Shown in pieces: positions 37,960 to 47,825 of a DNA stretch of 64,000 nt. The stretch spans positions 604 to 64,603 of the forward strand of contig CALJHX010000005.1 of NCBI GenBank assembly GCA_937770485.1, read 5' to 3'. The translations under genes and the position numbers were made by a program. Each line of letters starts with the position of its first letter. Position 1 is the first letter of the stretch. This DNA comes from an uncultured Verrucomicrobiae bacterium (GTDB taxonomy: Bacteria; Verrucomicrobiota; Verrucomicrobiia; Limisphaerales; UBA1096). The notes under the pieces were generated by a model. That model searched no databases. It saw only the letters and a list, made by a program, of their open reading frames with translations, and was not told the DNA's origin.

Positions 37960-38961
37960 ATGGTGAGGTCATTCGCATTTACGACCGAAGGCAAGTTGCA
38001 CAGCAAGGACATCGAGTTGTTCCTGATGCCCACGCTGTTGGCGGACACTAAGCTGTTCCTGTGGGTTGACCTCGAGGATCCCACACCTCAAGAAACCAGC
38101 TTTCTTCTTAAAAACGTCTTCCATTTTCACCCCTTGTCCATCGAGGACAGCGTGACGGAGAGTCCGTCGCCGAAGGTCGAGGAATATCTGCCGAAGGAGA
38201 AGGACGAGTTTTCGCCGTATCTTTTCATGGTGATTCACGCAGTGGATTACAGCCGCAAGGACGGGGTGTTTGCGACGTCGGAGCTGAGTTTTTATCTCGG
38301 CAAAAATTTCCTAGTGACGTTCCACAGCAAGCCGATGCGGCCGGTTGAGTTGGCCGGGGAGATGTGCCTGCGCAACACGGCGGACATCGCCACGGAACCG
38401 GGCCGGGTGGCCCACACACTGCTGGATTTGATCGTCGAGAACTACAAACCGGCTCTCGACGAGTTGGCGATGGAGGTGGCGGAGGTGGAGCAGAAGGCGT
38501 TGGCTGATCCCGGCAAGGAGACGCTCAACACGATTTTGCAGATCAAGAAGGAAGTGCTGCAACTGAGGCAGATCATCGGGCCGCAAAAGGAAGTGCTGAG
38601 CCGGTTTGTCTGCGGCGAGTTCAAGCTCATTCAATCCCACTTGATCCCGTACTACCGTGACGTGTACGACGGGCTTTACAACATCGGCGAGTTGGCGGCG
38701 CGGTATGCGGAGTCGCTGACCGGTGTGCTGCAGGTTTACCTCAACATGTCCTCGAACAAGACCGGCGAAATCGTGAAGCTGCTGACGGTATTCACCGTGA
38801 TCACGACGCCGATGATGCTGGTGGGCACGTGGTATGGAATGAACTTTCACGACATGCCCGAGATTGCGTCGGGCAAGACAGGGTATCTTGTGGCGTTGGT
38901 GGTGACAGCAATGTCCACGCTGGCGACCATTGTGTATTTCAAAATCAAAAGGTGGCTCTAA
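37960..38961 (+). CDS. corA: Magnesium/cobalt transporter CorA
   Basis: GTWYGMNF signature followed by two C-terminal TM helices. Confidence 0.88.
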   Translation: MVRSFAFTTEGKLHSKDIELFLMPTLLADTKLFLWVDLEDPTPQETSFLLKNVFHFHPLSIEDSVTESPSPKVEEYLPKEKDEFSPYLFMVIHAVDYSRKDGVFATSELSFYLGKNFLVTFHSKPMRPVELAGEMCLRNTADIATEPGRVAHTLLDLIVENYKPALDELAMEVAEVEQKALADPGKETLNTILQIKKEVLQLRQIIGPQKEVLSRFVCGEFKLIQSHLIPYYRDVYDGLYNIGELAARYAESLTGVLQVYLNMSSNKTGEIVKLLTVFTVITTPMMLVGTWYGMNFHDMPEIASGKTGYLVALVVTAMSTLATIVYFKIKRWL

Positions 38962-38966
38962 GCCGT

Positions 38967-40208
38967 ATGCCATCGACCAAGTCCAGTTTTGTTGAAAAAG
39001 TTCTCGGACGCATTGACGTCTTGAACCCCGAGAACTTGCAGTCGTTTGTCGAGCGACTTGCCCGGGATCGGTCTTTTCTGGAAACGCTGTTCAACACGAT
39101 CGAGGACGGTGTGCTCGTTGCCGATCAGGAGGGGAAGGTCACTTACCTAAACGCCGCTGCGAGTCAGTTGACCGGCTTTGACGAGGATGCGGCGATGGAT
39201 CAACCCGTGACGCGACTGCTCCCCGAGTTTGACTGGGCCTCCCTGCAGGCGGCGGATCACGAAGGAGGCCGGAGTGTCATGCGGCGGGAGTTCGAGCTGG
39301 ATTATCCTCGGAAACGCTTCATTCGGCTTTACGCCGCGCCGCTCGATGGCGAGGCCATGGGCAGCACCGGCATGGCGCTGATTCTGCACGACGCCACCGA
39401 GGCGCGGGAGCAAACCCACGAGGCGATCGAGAGCGAGCGCATCCAGGCCCTAACCCTGCTGGCGGCCAGCGTGGCGCACGAGCTTGGAAACCCGCTGAAC
39501 GCCCTGAGCATTCATCTGCAGTTGGTGGAGCGCGAAATCCGTAAGCTTGGCCAACCGGCGGTGGGCGTCGAGGGGGGCGTGGCCAAGCGCGAGGGCGACC
39601 CCGACGAAGTGAGCGACATCGCCGCCAAGCTGGAAAAATACATCGGCGTGGCCAAGGGCGAGGTCAACCGGCTCGACTACATTGTGACCCAGTTTTTGCA
39701 GGCCATCCGTCCGAGCAAGCCGAAGCTTAAAAAAAGCTCACTCAACGACACGATTGAGGAGACGATCGAGCTGCTGCGCCCGGAGTTTGACAACCGAGGC
39801 CAGTCGATCAAGCTGAAGTTCGCGAAGTCGCTGCCCTTGGCCGTGTTTGACGCCGCGCAGATCAAGCAATCGCTCATCAACCTGATGAAAAACTCGATGC
39901 ACGCGATGAGCACTGGCGGCGAGTTGGTCATCAAGACCGGCGAAGCCGGCGGCGGAGTATGGGTCAGCCTGACCGATACCGGCGTCGGGATTCCGCAGGA
40001 ACAGATCAAGAGGATTTTTGAGCCGTACTACACAACGAAGGAAAAAGGCTCCGGTCTTGGACTGATGATAGTGCAGCGAATCGTGCGTGACCACGACGGG
40101 CGGCTGGAGCTTATGAGCCACGGAGGCAAGGGGACGACCTTCCGGATTTGGTTGCCGCAGGAGGAGCGCCGGCAGCACCTGCTCGAGACGGCAGCCAACG
40201 AGGCATGA
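38967..40208 (+). CDS. Soluble PAS-domain sensor histidine kinase (NtrB/AtoS-like)
   Basis: PAS region, H-box SVAHELGNPLNAL, N box LINLMKNSMHAM, DTGVGI and GSGLGL. ATG 38967 was chosen; the earlier part of ORF 38829.. overlaps corA. Confidence 0.85.
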   Translation: MPSTKSSFVEKVLGRIDVLNPENLQSFVERLARDRSFLETLFNTIEDGVLVADQEGKVTYLNAAASQLTGFDEDAAMDQPVTRLLPEFDWASLQAADHEGGRSVMRREFELDYPRKRFIRLYAAPLDGEAMGSTGMALILHDATEAREQTHEAIESERIQALTLLAASVAHELGNPLNALSIHLQLVEREIRKLGQPAVGVEGGVAKREGDPDEVSDIAAKLEKYIGVAKGEVNRLDYIVTQFLQAIRPSKPKLKKSSLNDTIEETIELLRPEFDNRGQSIKLKFAKSLPLAVFDAAQIKQSLINLMKNSMHAMSTGGELVIKTGEAGGGVWVSLTDTGVGIPQEQIKRIFEPYYTTKEKGSGLGLMIVQRIVRDHDGRLELMSHGGKGTTFRIWLPQEERRQHLLETAANEA

Positions 40209-41578
40209 ATCCAAACCTACTCATTGTTGACGACGAGAAGCCGACCCGCGACGGACTGCGCGCCGCGCTGGAGGATCGTTACGAGGTCTACGTGGCCGAG
40301 GATGCCGCCTCGGCGGCGAACCTGCTCGAGGCGGAGTCGTTCGAGGTGTTGCTGACTGACTTTCGGCTGCCGAACAACGAGGACGGGATGAAGCTGATCG
40401 CCCGGGCCAAGTCGCTGGCCAAGCCGCCGATCTGCATCCTGATGACCGCCTACGGCTCGGAGGAGTTGGCGGTCGAGGCGCTCAAGCAGGGTGCTGACGA
40501 CTACTTGGCCAAGGGGCGGATGCAGATTGACGAACTCGAGACCCGCATCGCCCGGGCTCTCAAGCTGCGCACCCTCGAGAGCGAAAACAAGACACTGAAG
40601 CAGCAACTCAACAAAAAGTTCGGGCTCGAGAACATCATCGGCGAGTCGGAGCCGATGCAAAAGGTGATGGATATCGTCCGGCAGGTGGCGCCATCACGGG
40701 CGACTGTCTTGATCCAAGGCGAGAGCGGCACAGGTAAGGAACTTTTGGCCAAGGCGATCCACCAGCTTAGCCCTCGCTCGAGGCGTCCGATGGTCACTGT
40801 GCACTGCGCTGCGCTGTCGCCGACGCTGCTTGAGAGCGAATTGTTCGGCCACGAGAAGGGGGCATTCACCGGCGCGCATGAGCGTCGTGTCGGGCGGTTT
40901 GAGCAGGCCGAGGGCGGCACGTTGTTCCTCGACGAGATCGGCGATATCGACGAGACGACGCAGGTCAAGTTGCTGCGGTTTCTCGGTGAGCGCACGTTCG
41001 AGCGGGTCGGCGGCAACAAGACCTTGACGGCGGACGTGCGAGTCGTCGCGGCGACGAACAAAAATCTGAAGGAGATGGTCGGCAACGGCGAGTTTCGCGA
41101 GGATCTCTATTTTCGGTTGAGCGTGGTGGAGCTTTGGGCTCCGCCCCTGCGTGAGCGCGCGTCGGACATCCCGATGTTGGCGCTGAGTTTTCTGCGCGAG
41201 TTCGCCGAGGAGAACGCCAAGCCGGTGAGCGACTTTACCGCCGAGGCGCTGGAGTCAATCATCCGTTACGCCTGGCCGGGGAACGTGCGGGAGTTGCGCA
41301 CCGCCGTGGAGCACGCCGTGGTTCTGGGCAGGGGCGACATGATCGAGTTGGCAGGCCTTCCGCAGTCGGTGCAAAGCCGTGGCGTCATCCATCACGAAAA
41401 ACAATTGACCCAGCCGCTCGTCGACAAGGGCGTGACGCTGGAGGAGGCGGAGAAGCAGTTGATCATCCGCACGCTCAAGGAATGCCGCGGCAACCGGACG
41501 ACGGCGGCCCGGAAAATCGGCATCAGCCGGCGGACGCTTCATCGCAAGCTCAACCGCTACGGCTTGGAGGGAATTTGA
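40205..41578 (+). CDS. Sigma-54-dependent response regulator (NtrC/AtoC family)
   Basis: Receiver domain, GESGTGKE, exact GAFTGA, C-terminal HTH (AARKIGISRRTLHRKL). Its ATGA overlaps the kinase stop. Confidence 0.9.
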   Translation: MNPNLLIVDDEKPTRDGLRAALEDRYEVYVAEDAASAANLLEAESFEVLLTDFRLPNNEDGMKLIARAKSLAKPPICILMTAYGSEELAVEALKQGADDYLAKGRMQIDELETRIARALKLRTLESENKTLKQQLNKKFGLENIIGESEPMQKVMDIVRQVAPSRATVLIQGESGTGKELLAKAIHQLSPRSRRPMVTVHCAALSPTLLESELFGHEKGAFTGAHERRVGRFEQAEGGTLFLDEIGDIDETTQVKLLRFLGERTFERVGGNKTLTADVRVVAATNKNLKEMVGNGEFREDLYFRLSVVELWAPPLRERASDIPMLALSFLREFAEENAKPVSDFTAEALESIIRYAWPGNVRELRTAVEHAVVLGRGDMIELAGLPQSVQSRGVIHHEKQLTQPLVDKGVTLEEAEKQLIIRTLKECRGNRTTAARKIGISRRTLHRKLNRYGLEGI

Positions 41579-41632
41579 ACGCGACGGGGCATCAGTGCAT
41601 CCAAGGATGACCAAGCGTCGGCATAACAACGG

Positions 41633-43525
41633 ATGATACGGATTCAGGAAATCATACACAGCCTCGAGGAGGGCAAATGGGCCAAGCGCATTCGCGGCTT
41701 GGTTTTGCTGTTGCTGATCGGGAGCCTGGGGCTGGTTTATTACCTTAATCTCACGCGCAGCTTCACCGCACCCGAGGCGATGGACGCCGCGCAACTGGCT
41801 CGCAACATCGCCGAGGGACGCGGCTACACCACGCAGTTCATCCGGCCGCTGAGCCTCGATATTTTGCGGCAGCAAGGCGCTGTTTCCGATGTGGAGCTTC
41901 GCAGTAAATTCCCCGACATCACCAACCCGCCGGTGTACCCGATGCTGTTGGCTGCGTTGATGAAAGTGTTGCCGTTTGAGTTTGAAATTGATCTTCAAAA
42001 GGCAAACGAGTTTAAGCAATATCAGCCGGAATTTCTCATCTGGCTGCTAAATCAGGCGTTGTTTTTTGTGGCGCTGATTCAAGTCTTCCGGCTGGGCGAA
42101 AAACTGTTTGACCCGTCGGTGGCCTGGTGCGCGGCACTGCTCTTTTTAGGGACGGAACTTTACTGGAAGTTCAGCACCTCCGGCCTCCCGACGATGCTGC
42201 TGCTTGTGCTGTTTCTGGCCTTGGGCAAGACGCTCGTGAGGCTGGAGGAGCGGGGGAATGACGGAGTGCCGCGAGGCGGCGGCTGGTTTGCCGGGATGGC
42301 GCTTTGGGCCGGCGCGCTGGCTGGCTTGGGTGGGTTGACCCGTTACGGCTTTGCCTGGGTGATCCTGCCGGTGCTGGTTTATCTCGGCTGGTTTTTGGGC
42401 CGGCATCGGGTCAGGACGGTGGCGATGGCGTTGCTTGGGTTTCTGCTCGTGATGTCGCCCTGGCTGGTGCGGAACGCGCAACTGAGCGGCAACCTGTTCG
42501 GCACGGCCGGCTTGGCCCTGTACTCGCAGACCGATGCCTTCCCTGAGGACACGCTCGAGCGGACCTTGTTTTACGAGCCAAGTGACGCACCGGTGAACGG
42601 TCAGAATGAAATCAAGGTGAGAGTGGCGGATCATGTCGGGCTGTGGGACATCGAGAACAAGCTGAAACGCAACCTCCGCCATCTGCTGGTTCATGAGTTG
42701 CCACAGTTCTCCGGCAGTTGGTTCGCGGTGGTTTGCCTCGTCGGCTTGGTCGTGCCGTTTCGGAACCGCTCGCTGCGGCGGCTGCGGTTTTTTTTGTTGA
42801 TGACACTCGCGGTGTTTGCGCTTGGTCAAGCGCTTGGCCGTACACACCTCTCGGCAGCCAACGGCACGCTGGCTGAGTTGCTGGCGAGGTCGCTTGGCCA
42901 AGGTGCACCGATGACCGCTGCGTCGGGCGTGAATGGCGAAAACCTTTTGGCCCTTCTTGGGCCGGTCTCTTTACTATTTGGCGCGGGGTTGTTTTTCTCG
43001 CTGCTGGACCGGTGGAAAGTGGATCTGCCGGAAATGCGCTTGGCTGCATCCACAGGATTGGTCATATCCGCTTCGCTTCCGATGGCCTTGAGCTTTCTGC
43101 TGCCGCATCCGTATCCCGTGGCTGATCCGCCGTACCATCCGGCGCGCTTACAGTCCCTTCGCTCCGTTCCGGCCGAGTATGGCTTGGCTGGGATCAAGGA
43201 GGACGACTTGTTGATGAGTGACATCCCCTGGGCCGTGGCGTGGTATGGCAATCAGAATTGCGTGTGGCTTACCCGAACCGTCAAGCCGGATTTTTACACA
43301 CTATACGAGCAGTTTCAGCCTGTCAGCGCCTTGTATTTTACGGAGGTCACTACTGATCAGAGGTACACTTCCTCCGTGCTAAATGCAAATGAGTTGAACT
43401 GGGAGCGATTTATGCTGGACATGCAGATGAAGGGGGATGTGCCCGATGGATTCCCTTTACAGGCTGTTTCGGACATTTTCGCACCGGACCAATGGCTATT
43501 TTTTGCTGCCCCGGAAGAACAGTGA
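41633..43525 (+). CDS. Polytopic membrane protein, GT-C fold (ArnT/PMT-like) glycosyltransferase candidate
   Basis: APEAMDAAQLARNIAEGRGY loop after TM1, more than 10 TM helices, and a soluble C-terminal domain. Confidence 0.55.
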   Translation: MIRIQEIIHSLEEGKWAKRIRGLVLLLLIGSLGLVYYLNLTRSFTAPEAMDAAQLARNIAEGRGYTTQFIRPLSLDILRQQGAVSDVELRSKFPDITNPPVYPMLLAALMKVLPFEFEIDLQKANEFKQYQPEFLIWLLNQALFFVALIQVFRLGEKLFDPSVAWCAALLFLGTELYWKFSTSGLPTMLLLVLFLALGKTLVRLEERGNDGVPRGGGWFAGMALWAGALAGLGGLTRYGFAWVILPVLVYLGWFLGRHRVRTVAMALLGFLLVMSPWLVRNAQLSGNLFGTAGLALYSQTDAFPEDTLERTLFYEPSDAPVNGQNEIKVRVADHVGLWDIENKLKRNLRHLLVHELPQFSGSWFAVVCLVGLVVPFRNRSLRRLRFFLLMTLAVFALGQALGRTHLSAANGTLAELLARSLGQGAPMTAASGVNGENLLALLGPVSLLFGAGLFFSLLDRWKVDLPEMRLAASTGLVISASLPMALSFLLPHPYPVADPPYHPARLQSLRSVPAEYGLAGIKEDDLLMSDIPWAVAWYGNQNCVWLTRTVKPDFYTLYEQFQPVSALYFTEVTTDQRYTSSVLNANELNWERFMLDMQMKGDVPDGFPLQAVSDIFAPDQWLFFAAPEEQ

Positions 43526-43678
43526 TAGGTGCTTGATGTCAACAAGGTTGAGACAATGAAAAAAGTCAAAAAAAAATTTAACAATTGAGGTTGACATGGC
43601 CGGGTGAGCATAGACAATCGCCCTCCATTCAGCCCTACTGGCCGTTCGGGGTGTTGAGTCTGGATTTTTATTAAGATT

Positions 43679-44902
43679 ATGAACAAAAAAATTGTTACCT
43701 TGGGAGTCGCCGCGTTCGGCGTTGCTGGATTGCAGGCTGCTGATGCCGGTAAAGTCTGGGAAGTGACAGGTTCGCTGCGTGGATTTTACGACGACAACTA
43801 TACAACCTCGCCCGAGGATCTCGCCGAGGAGAGCTGGGGCATCGAGGTCAGCCCCGGAATCAATCTCACCATCGGTGAGGGAACGGACTTGGAGTTCAGC
43901 GCCGGTTACGCGTTCGGCATGCGGTACTACGAAGACCGGGAAACAGACAACGAGGACTATGGTCATGAATTGGGCATCAGCCTCAACAAGGCATTTTCCG
44001 ATACCTCGCTTTTGCAATTGTCGGATAGTTTTGTGATTGCCCAGGAACCTGAAATACTGAACGGGGGCACTCCTCTGCGTACCGAGGGTGACAATTTGCG
44101 TAACACGCTTTCAGCCGCTTACCGCCAGATTCTTTCAGGGAACATCGAGGTGGAACTCGGATACGGGAACTCCATGTTTGATTATGACGAGGCGTATCAC
44201 TCTGCGCTGCTGGATAGATCCCACAACCAAGTGAACCTTGATGTAATTTACGACATGGAGCAGACTGAGTACTTCGTAGGTTACAAGTTTGCTTCGACCG
44301 ATTTTGATGGTGGCGATTTGAAGGTGCCCGGTTTGGATTTCAAGTCGGATGCCCGCGACAACGACTCTCATTATGGGTATGTTGGCGTTCGCCACCAACT
44401 GAACAAGGAGTTTGTCGCCAGCGCCCAGGCGGGTGCCCAGTACGTCGACTATTATAATTTCGACTTGATGCCCGGTTTGATACCGGAGGATGAGACCAGC
44501 CCGTATATTAATGCCTCGATGGAATGGGGATATGCCGAGGGGAGCAAGCTTGTGGCGGGGGTAAGCTTGGCACGCGGTGCCACCGATTTGCAGGCTGCTG
44601 ATCAGGAAACCAGCGCTGTCTATGCTCAGTTTCTCCACAAAATCACAGCCAAAGTTCACGGGACTTTGACCGCTCGATATCAGGATTCGGAGATTAACGG
44701 AGGTGGTGTGCTATTGGACGGCAAGACGGAGTCGCTAATGTTGCTGGGAGCTAGCCTAACCTACGCCATCGCCGACAACATCTGGACCGAGTTGGCCTAC
44801 AACTACGACGAACTCGACTCTGACGTCCGAACAGCAGGAGGAGGGGATATACGCAGTTTCAAGCGGAACTACGTGTCCATCGGCATCGGCACGAGTTATT
44901 GA
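43679..44902 (+). CDS. Putative outer-membrane beta-barrel protein of the polysaccharide export locus
   Basis: Signal peptide, alternating amphipathic strands rich in Tyr/Gly/Asp, and a C-terminal ..SIGIGTSY aromatic end. Confidence 0.55.
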   Translation: MNKKIVTLGVAAFGVAGLQAADAGKVWEVTGSLRGFYDDNYTTSPEDLAEESWGIEVSPGINLTIGEGTDLEFSAGYAFGMRYYEDRETDNEDYGHELGISLNKAFSDTSLLQLSDSFVIAQEPEILNGGTPLRTEGDNLRNTLSAAYRQILSGNIEVELGYGNSMFDYDEAYHSALLDRSHNQVNLDVIYDMEQTEYFVGYKFASTDFDGGDLKVPGLDFKSDARDNDSHYGYVGVRHQLNKEFVASAQAGAQYVDYYNFDLMPGLIPEDETSPYINASMEWGYAEGSKLVAGVSLARGATDLQAADQETSAVYAQFLHKITAKVHGTLTARYQDSEINGGGVLLDGKTESLMLLGASLTYAIADNIWTELAYNYDELDSDVRTAGGGDIRSFKRNYVSIGIGTSY

Positions 44903-44926
44903 TTTCCTCGAACTAAAACTTTTCTT

Positions 44927-44964
44927 GGGAGGCCAGAAGTGTTTATCTGGCCTCCCTTTTTTTT
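44927..44964 (+). terminator. Intrinsic terminator after the beta-barrel gene
   Basis: GGGAGGCCAG - 10-nt loop - CTGGCCTCCC followed by T8. Confidence 0.8.
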
Positions 44965-44976
44965 AGGTTTTAGAAA

Positions 44977-47163
44977 ATGGATAAAATCCCAAGTACAGAT
45001 CAGTCCTCCGACAAGCTCCATATTCTGGATTATTGGCGGATCATTCGCGTTCGGCTCGTAACCATCCTGCTCGTCTTTTTGCTTACCGCCGTGACGACCA
45101 CCGTGGTGACGTTCCTAATACCTCCGACCTACATGAGCCTCTCCCGGATATCCATCGAGAAGGATACATCGGATATTGCACCGTTGCTTGGCATGCAATC
45201 TGGGCCAGCGGCATTCGACCCATACTTCATCCAGACCGAGTTCGAGAAAATTCAGTCACAAAAGGTCCTGGCCAAGGTGGTTGCCAAGTGCGAATTGACT
45301 GAAGAGTGGAGCCGCATCAACGGTGGTAAGCCGTTGAATGAGATCGAGGCCCGAAAAATCCTGAAAAAAGCGATTGATATTCGTCAGTTCCGGAACACCA
45401 GCATCATTGAGCTTCGGGCGTATGATCGGGAACCATTGATGGCTCAAAAAATCGCCAATGCCCTTGCTGAGGAATACCAATCCCACAGGACAGATGCGCA
45501 GAAAACACGAGTGGAATTGGGAATCAAGGCGCTCACAGGCAAGATGGATAAATATAACGTAGATATTGCCGCAATGCAGGCCGACGTCGATAAACTGCGG
45601 GTAGACTTGGGCATTTCCGATGCCGCCGGCGAGGAAAGCTACTCGATCATCGAACCGGAAATTGTACGTCGTTATGAATCCGGGTTGATCGACGCAAGGG
45701 GGGTTTACACATCAATGTCCACATTACTTAATGGGCTCAAGTTACAGTCCCTCGAGGAACTGCGGGATTCCATCTCGACGGCCTACCCCGACGGCCAGTT
45801 GGATGTCTTGATCCGCGAATTATATACCGGCCAGCAAACGTTGGCCAATAGTAGTATCGACCTTGGGGAGGAGCATCCGAGGATAAAAGGATTGAAAAAG
45901 GTGGTGGCCACGCTTGAGCAACAGATTGATGATCGAATTCAAGGCGTTCTTGCAGGACTGGAACTGAAGGTCAGCTCTGCTTTCGCTCAGGTGGAACAGC
46001 TACAGAGGGATGTCACCGATGCAAAAAAACGGGAGTCCGACATGCGAGAGACAGGTCGGGAATACTTTGACGCCAAGCGGGAGTTGTCCAATATAACTCG
46101 CATTCGTGACACCATCTTGTTCCGGATCATGCAGGAGCAAGTGGACTTGGCGCTACCCAAGGATTCCACCGTGGAAATAACCGACGTAGCGGATATGCCC
46201 TTGAAGGCAGTTCGACCGAATATACCCCTGAACATCACGCTGGGAGTTGTTGTCGGCCTGATTCTGGGTGTGGGGTTGGCGTTTTTTATCGAATATCTCG
46301 ACACTAGCGTGAAGACCATTGACGACGTCGAGCGCGCCCTTGGGGCGGCCGTCCTCGGTGTCATCCCTCAAAACGTCGGATCCCTCCTGGACGAAGGGGA
46401 CGAAAGCCCCCACGCGGAGGCGTACCGGGTGCTGCGCACCAACATTCTTTTTGCTGGACGCAAAGACGAGAGCCAAACCACGTTCAGCGTGGTGAGTGGT
46501 GGTGCGGGCGAGGGCAAGACAACGACCATGTTCAATCTAGCAGTGGTCTTTGCGCAGATGGGGGATAGAATTCTGATTGTGGATTCCGACCTGCGCCGTC
46601 CCTCGATGCACCGTTACATGAATGTGTCCAACAACATTGGCCTGACCAACTACCTGCTGGGACAGGTCACCATCGACAAGGTCATCCAGACCACGAATAT
46701 ACCGTCGCTCCATTTCATCCCCAGCGGTAAGCTGCCCAGCAGTTCAATGGGCATTCTTAGTTCTGCCAAGATGAAGGAGTTCGTGGCCGAAATGAAGAGC
46801 CGGTACGACTACGTGTTTTTGGACGCTCCACCCATCATGGGAGTGAGTGATGCCTCGGTTCTGGCTAGCATGGTGGACATGTGTGTGCTGGTGGTGCAGT
46901 ACCGCAAATACCCGCAAATGATGACCCAGCGGGCCAAGGAAATGGTGACCAAGGTTGGCGGTGAACTTGTGGGTGTTGTTCTCAACAACATCAATATTTC
47001 CCAGGATTCCTACTACTACTATTACAGTGGTTATTATTACGATAACTATTACAAGAGCCGTGAAAATGAGGAGTCCGCCACCGATGATGCCAGTAGCACG
47101 AAGAAAACCAAGCTGCTGGCGAGTGCTAAAACTGGTGGGGAAGATGAGAAGCCCAAGTATTGA
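44977..47163 (+). CDS. Polysaccharide co-polymerase / BY-kinase (Wzc/GumC/EpsB-like tyrosine autokinase)
   Basis: N-terminal Wzz-type TM and coiled-coil region; Walker A GGAGEGKTTT, A' ILIVDSDLRRP, B VFLDAPPI; C-terminal Tyr cluster SYYYYYSGYYYDNYY. Confidence 0.88.
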   Translation: MDKIPSTDQSSDKLHILDYWRIIRVRLVTILLVFLLTAVTTTVVTFLIPPTYMSLSRISIEKDTSDIAPLLGMQSGPAAFDPYFIQTEFEKIQSQKVLAKVVAKCELTEEWSRINGGKPLNEIEARKILKKAIDIRQFRNTSIIELRAYDREPLMAQKIANALAEEYQSHRTDAQKTRVELGIKALTGKMDKYNVDIAAMQADVDKLRVDLGISDAAGEESYSIIEPEIVRRYESGLIDARGVYTSMSTLLNGLKLQSLEELRDSISTAYPDGQLDVLIRELYTGQQTLANSSIDLGEEHPRIKGLKKVVATLEQQIDDRIQGVLAGLELKVSSAFAQVEQLQRDVTDAKKRESDMRETGREYFDAKRELSNITRIRDTILFRIMQEQVDLALPKDSTVEITDVADMPLKAVRPNIPLNITLGVVVGLILGVGLAFFIEYLDTSVKTIDDVERALGAAVLGVIPQNVGSLLDEGDESPHAEAYRVLRTNILFAGRKDESQTTFSVVSGGAGEGKTTTMFNLAVVFAQMGDRILIVDSDLRRPSMHRYMNVSNNIGLTNYLLGQVTIDKVIQTTNIPSLHFIPSGKLPSSSMGILSSAKMKEFVAEMKSRYDYVFLDAPPIMGVSDASVLASMVDMCVLVVQYRKYPQMMTQRAKEMVTKVGGELVGVVLNNINISQDSYYYYYSGYYYDNYYKSRENEESATDDASSTKKTKLLASAKTGGEDEKPKY

Positions 47164-47198
47164 TTGGGCGGGGAATTCAGTTCGAGGGTTGATATAAA

Positions 47199-47825
47199 AT
47201 GGGTTTTGTTGATAGCTTGATGAAATATGTTTGTAGAGGTTTATTGGTTGCGACCGTGCTGATGGCCGCCGGTTGCGAGACAACACGCCCACGACCGGTG
47301 GATCCGGTCGCTGTGACGAATGACGCGCCGCTTATTGTCAACTCCACGGACAGCCTCGAGCCCGGAAATCAAATCACCATCACTTTCAGCGGCTTGAATA
47401 CGGTCCCGATTCCCTACAGTTGCCGCATTCGTGAGGATGGCACTATCAGTCCGCCATACCTGAATGAACCCATCATTGCCGCTGGGAAAACAATCGGTGA
47501 ACTCGAGCGGGAACTCGAGAAGGAGTACGTGCCCGCCATCTACAAGACGATTAACGTTACCATCAGGACAGCCGACCGGTTCTTTTACGTCGGAGGGGAG
47601 GTTCGGCAGCCCAGTCGCCAGATTTTCATCGGTCGGATTACGGTTACCCAGGCGATTCAATCCGCGGGTGACTTCACCGATTTCGGGGATCAACGGGCGG
47701 TGCGAGTGATACGGGCCAGCGGCAAAGTGGACATTATCGACTGCAAGGCGGCTCTGGATGACCCAACAAGGGATCTGCCCGTCTATCCGGGTGATAACAT
47801 CGTCGTGGGACGAAGGCTTTTTTGA
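47199..47825 (+). CDS. Wza-type polysaccharide export lipoprotein (Poly_export + SLBB)
   Basis: Lipobox LMAAGC, LEPGNQITI and YPGDNIVV motifs. Confidence 0.75.
   Translation: MGFVDSLMKYVCRGLLVATVLMAAGCETTRPRPVDPVAVTNDAPLIVNSTDSLEPGNQITITFSGLNTVPIPYSCRIREDGTISPPYLNEPIIAAGKTIGELERELEKEYVPAIYKTINVTIRTADRFFYVGGEVRQPSRQIFIGRITVTQAIQSAGDFTDFGDQRAVRVIRASGKVDIIDCKAALDDPTRDLPVYPGDNIVVGRRLF

Noticed and set aside
43556-43588. 10-codon Lys-rich mini-ORF (MKKVKKKFNN) upstream of the beta-barrel gene, considered as a possible leader peptide.
   Set aside because: It is too short and lies in an A-rich stretch where such ORFs arise by chance. I saw no associated attenuator structure.
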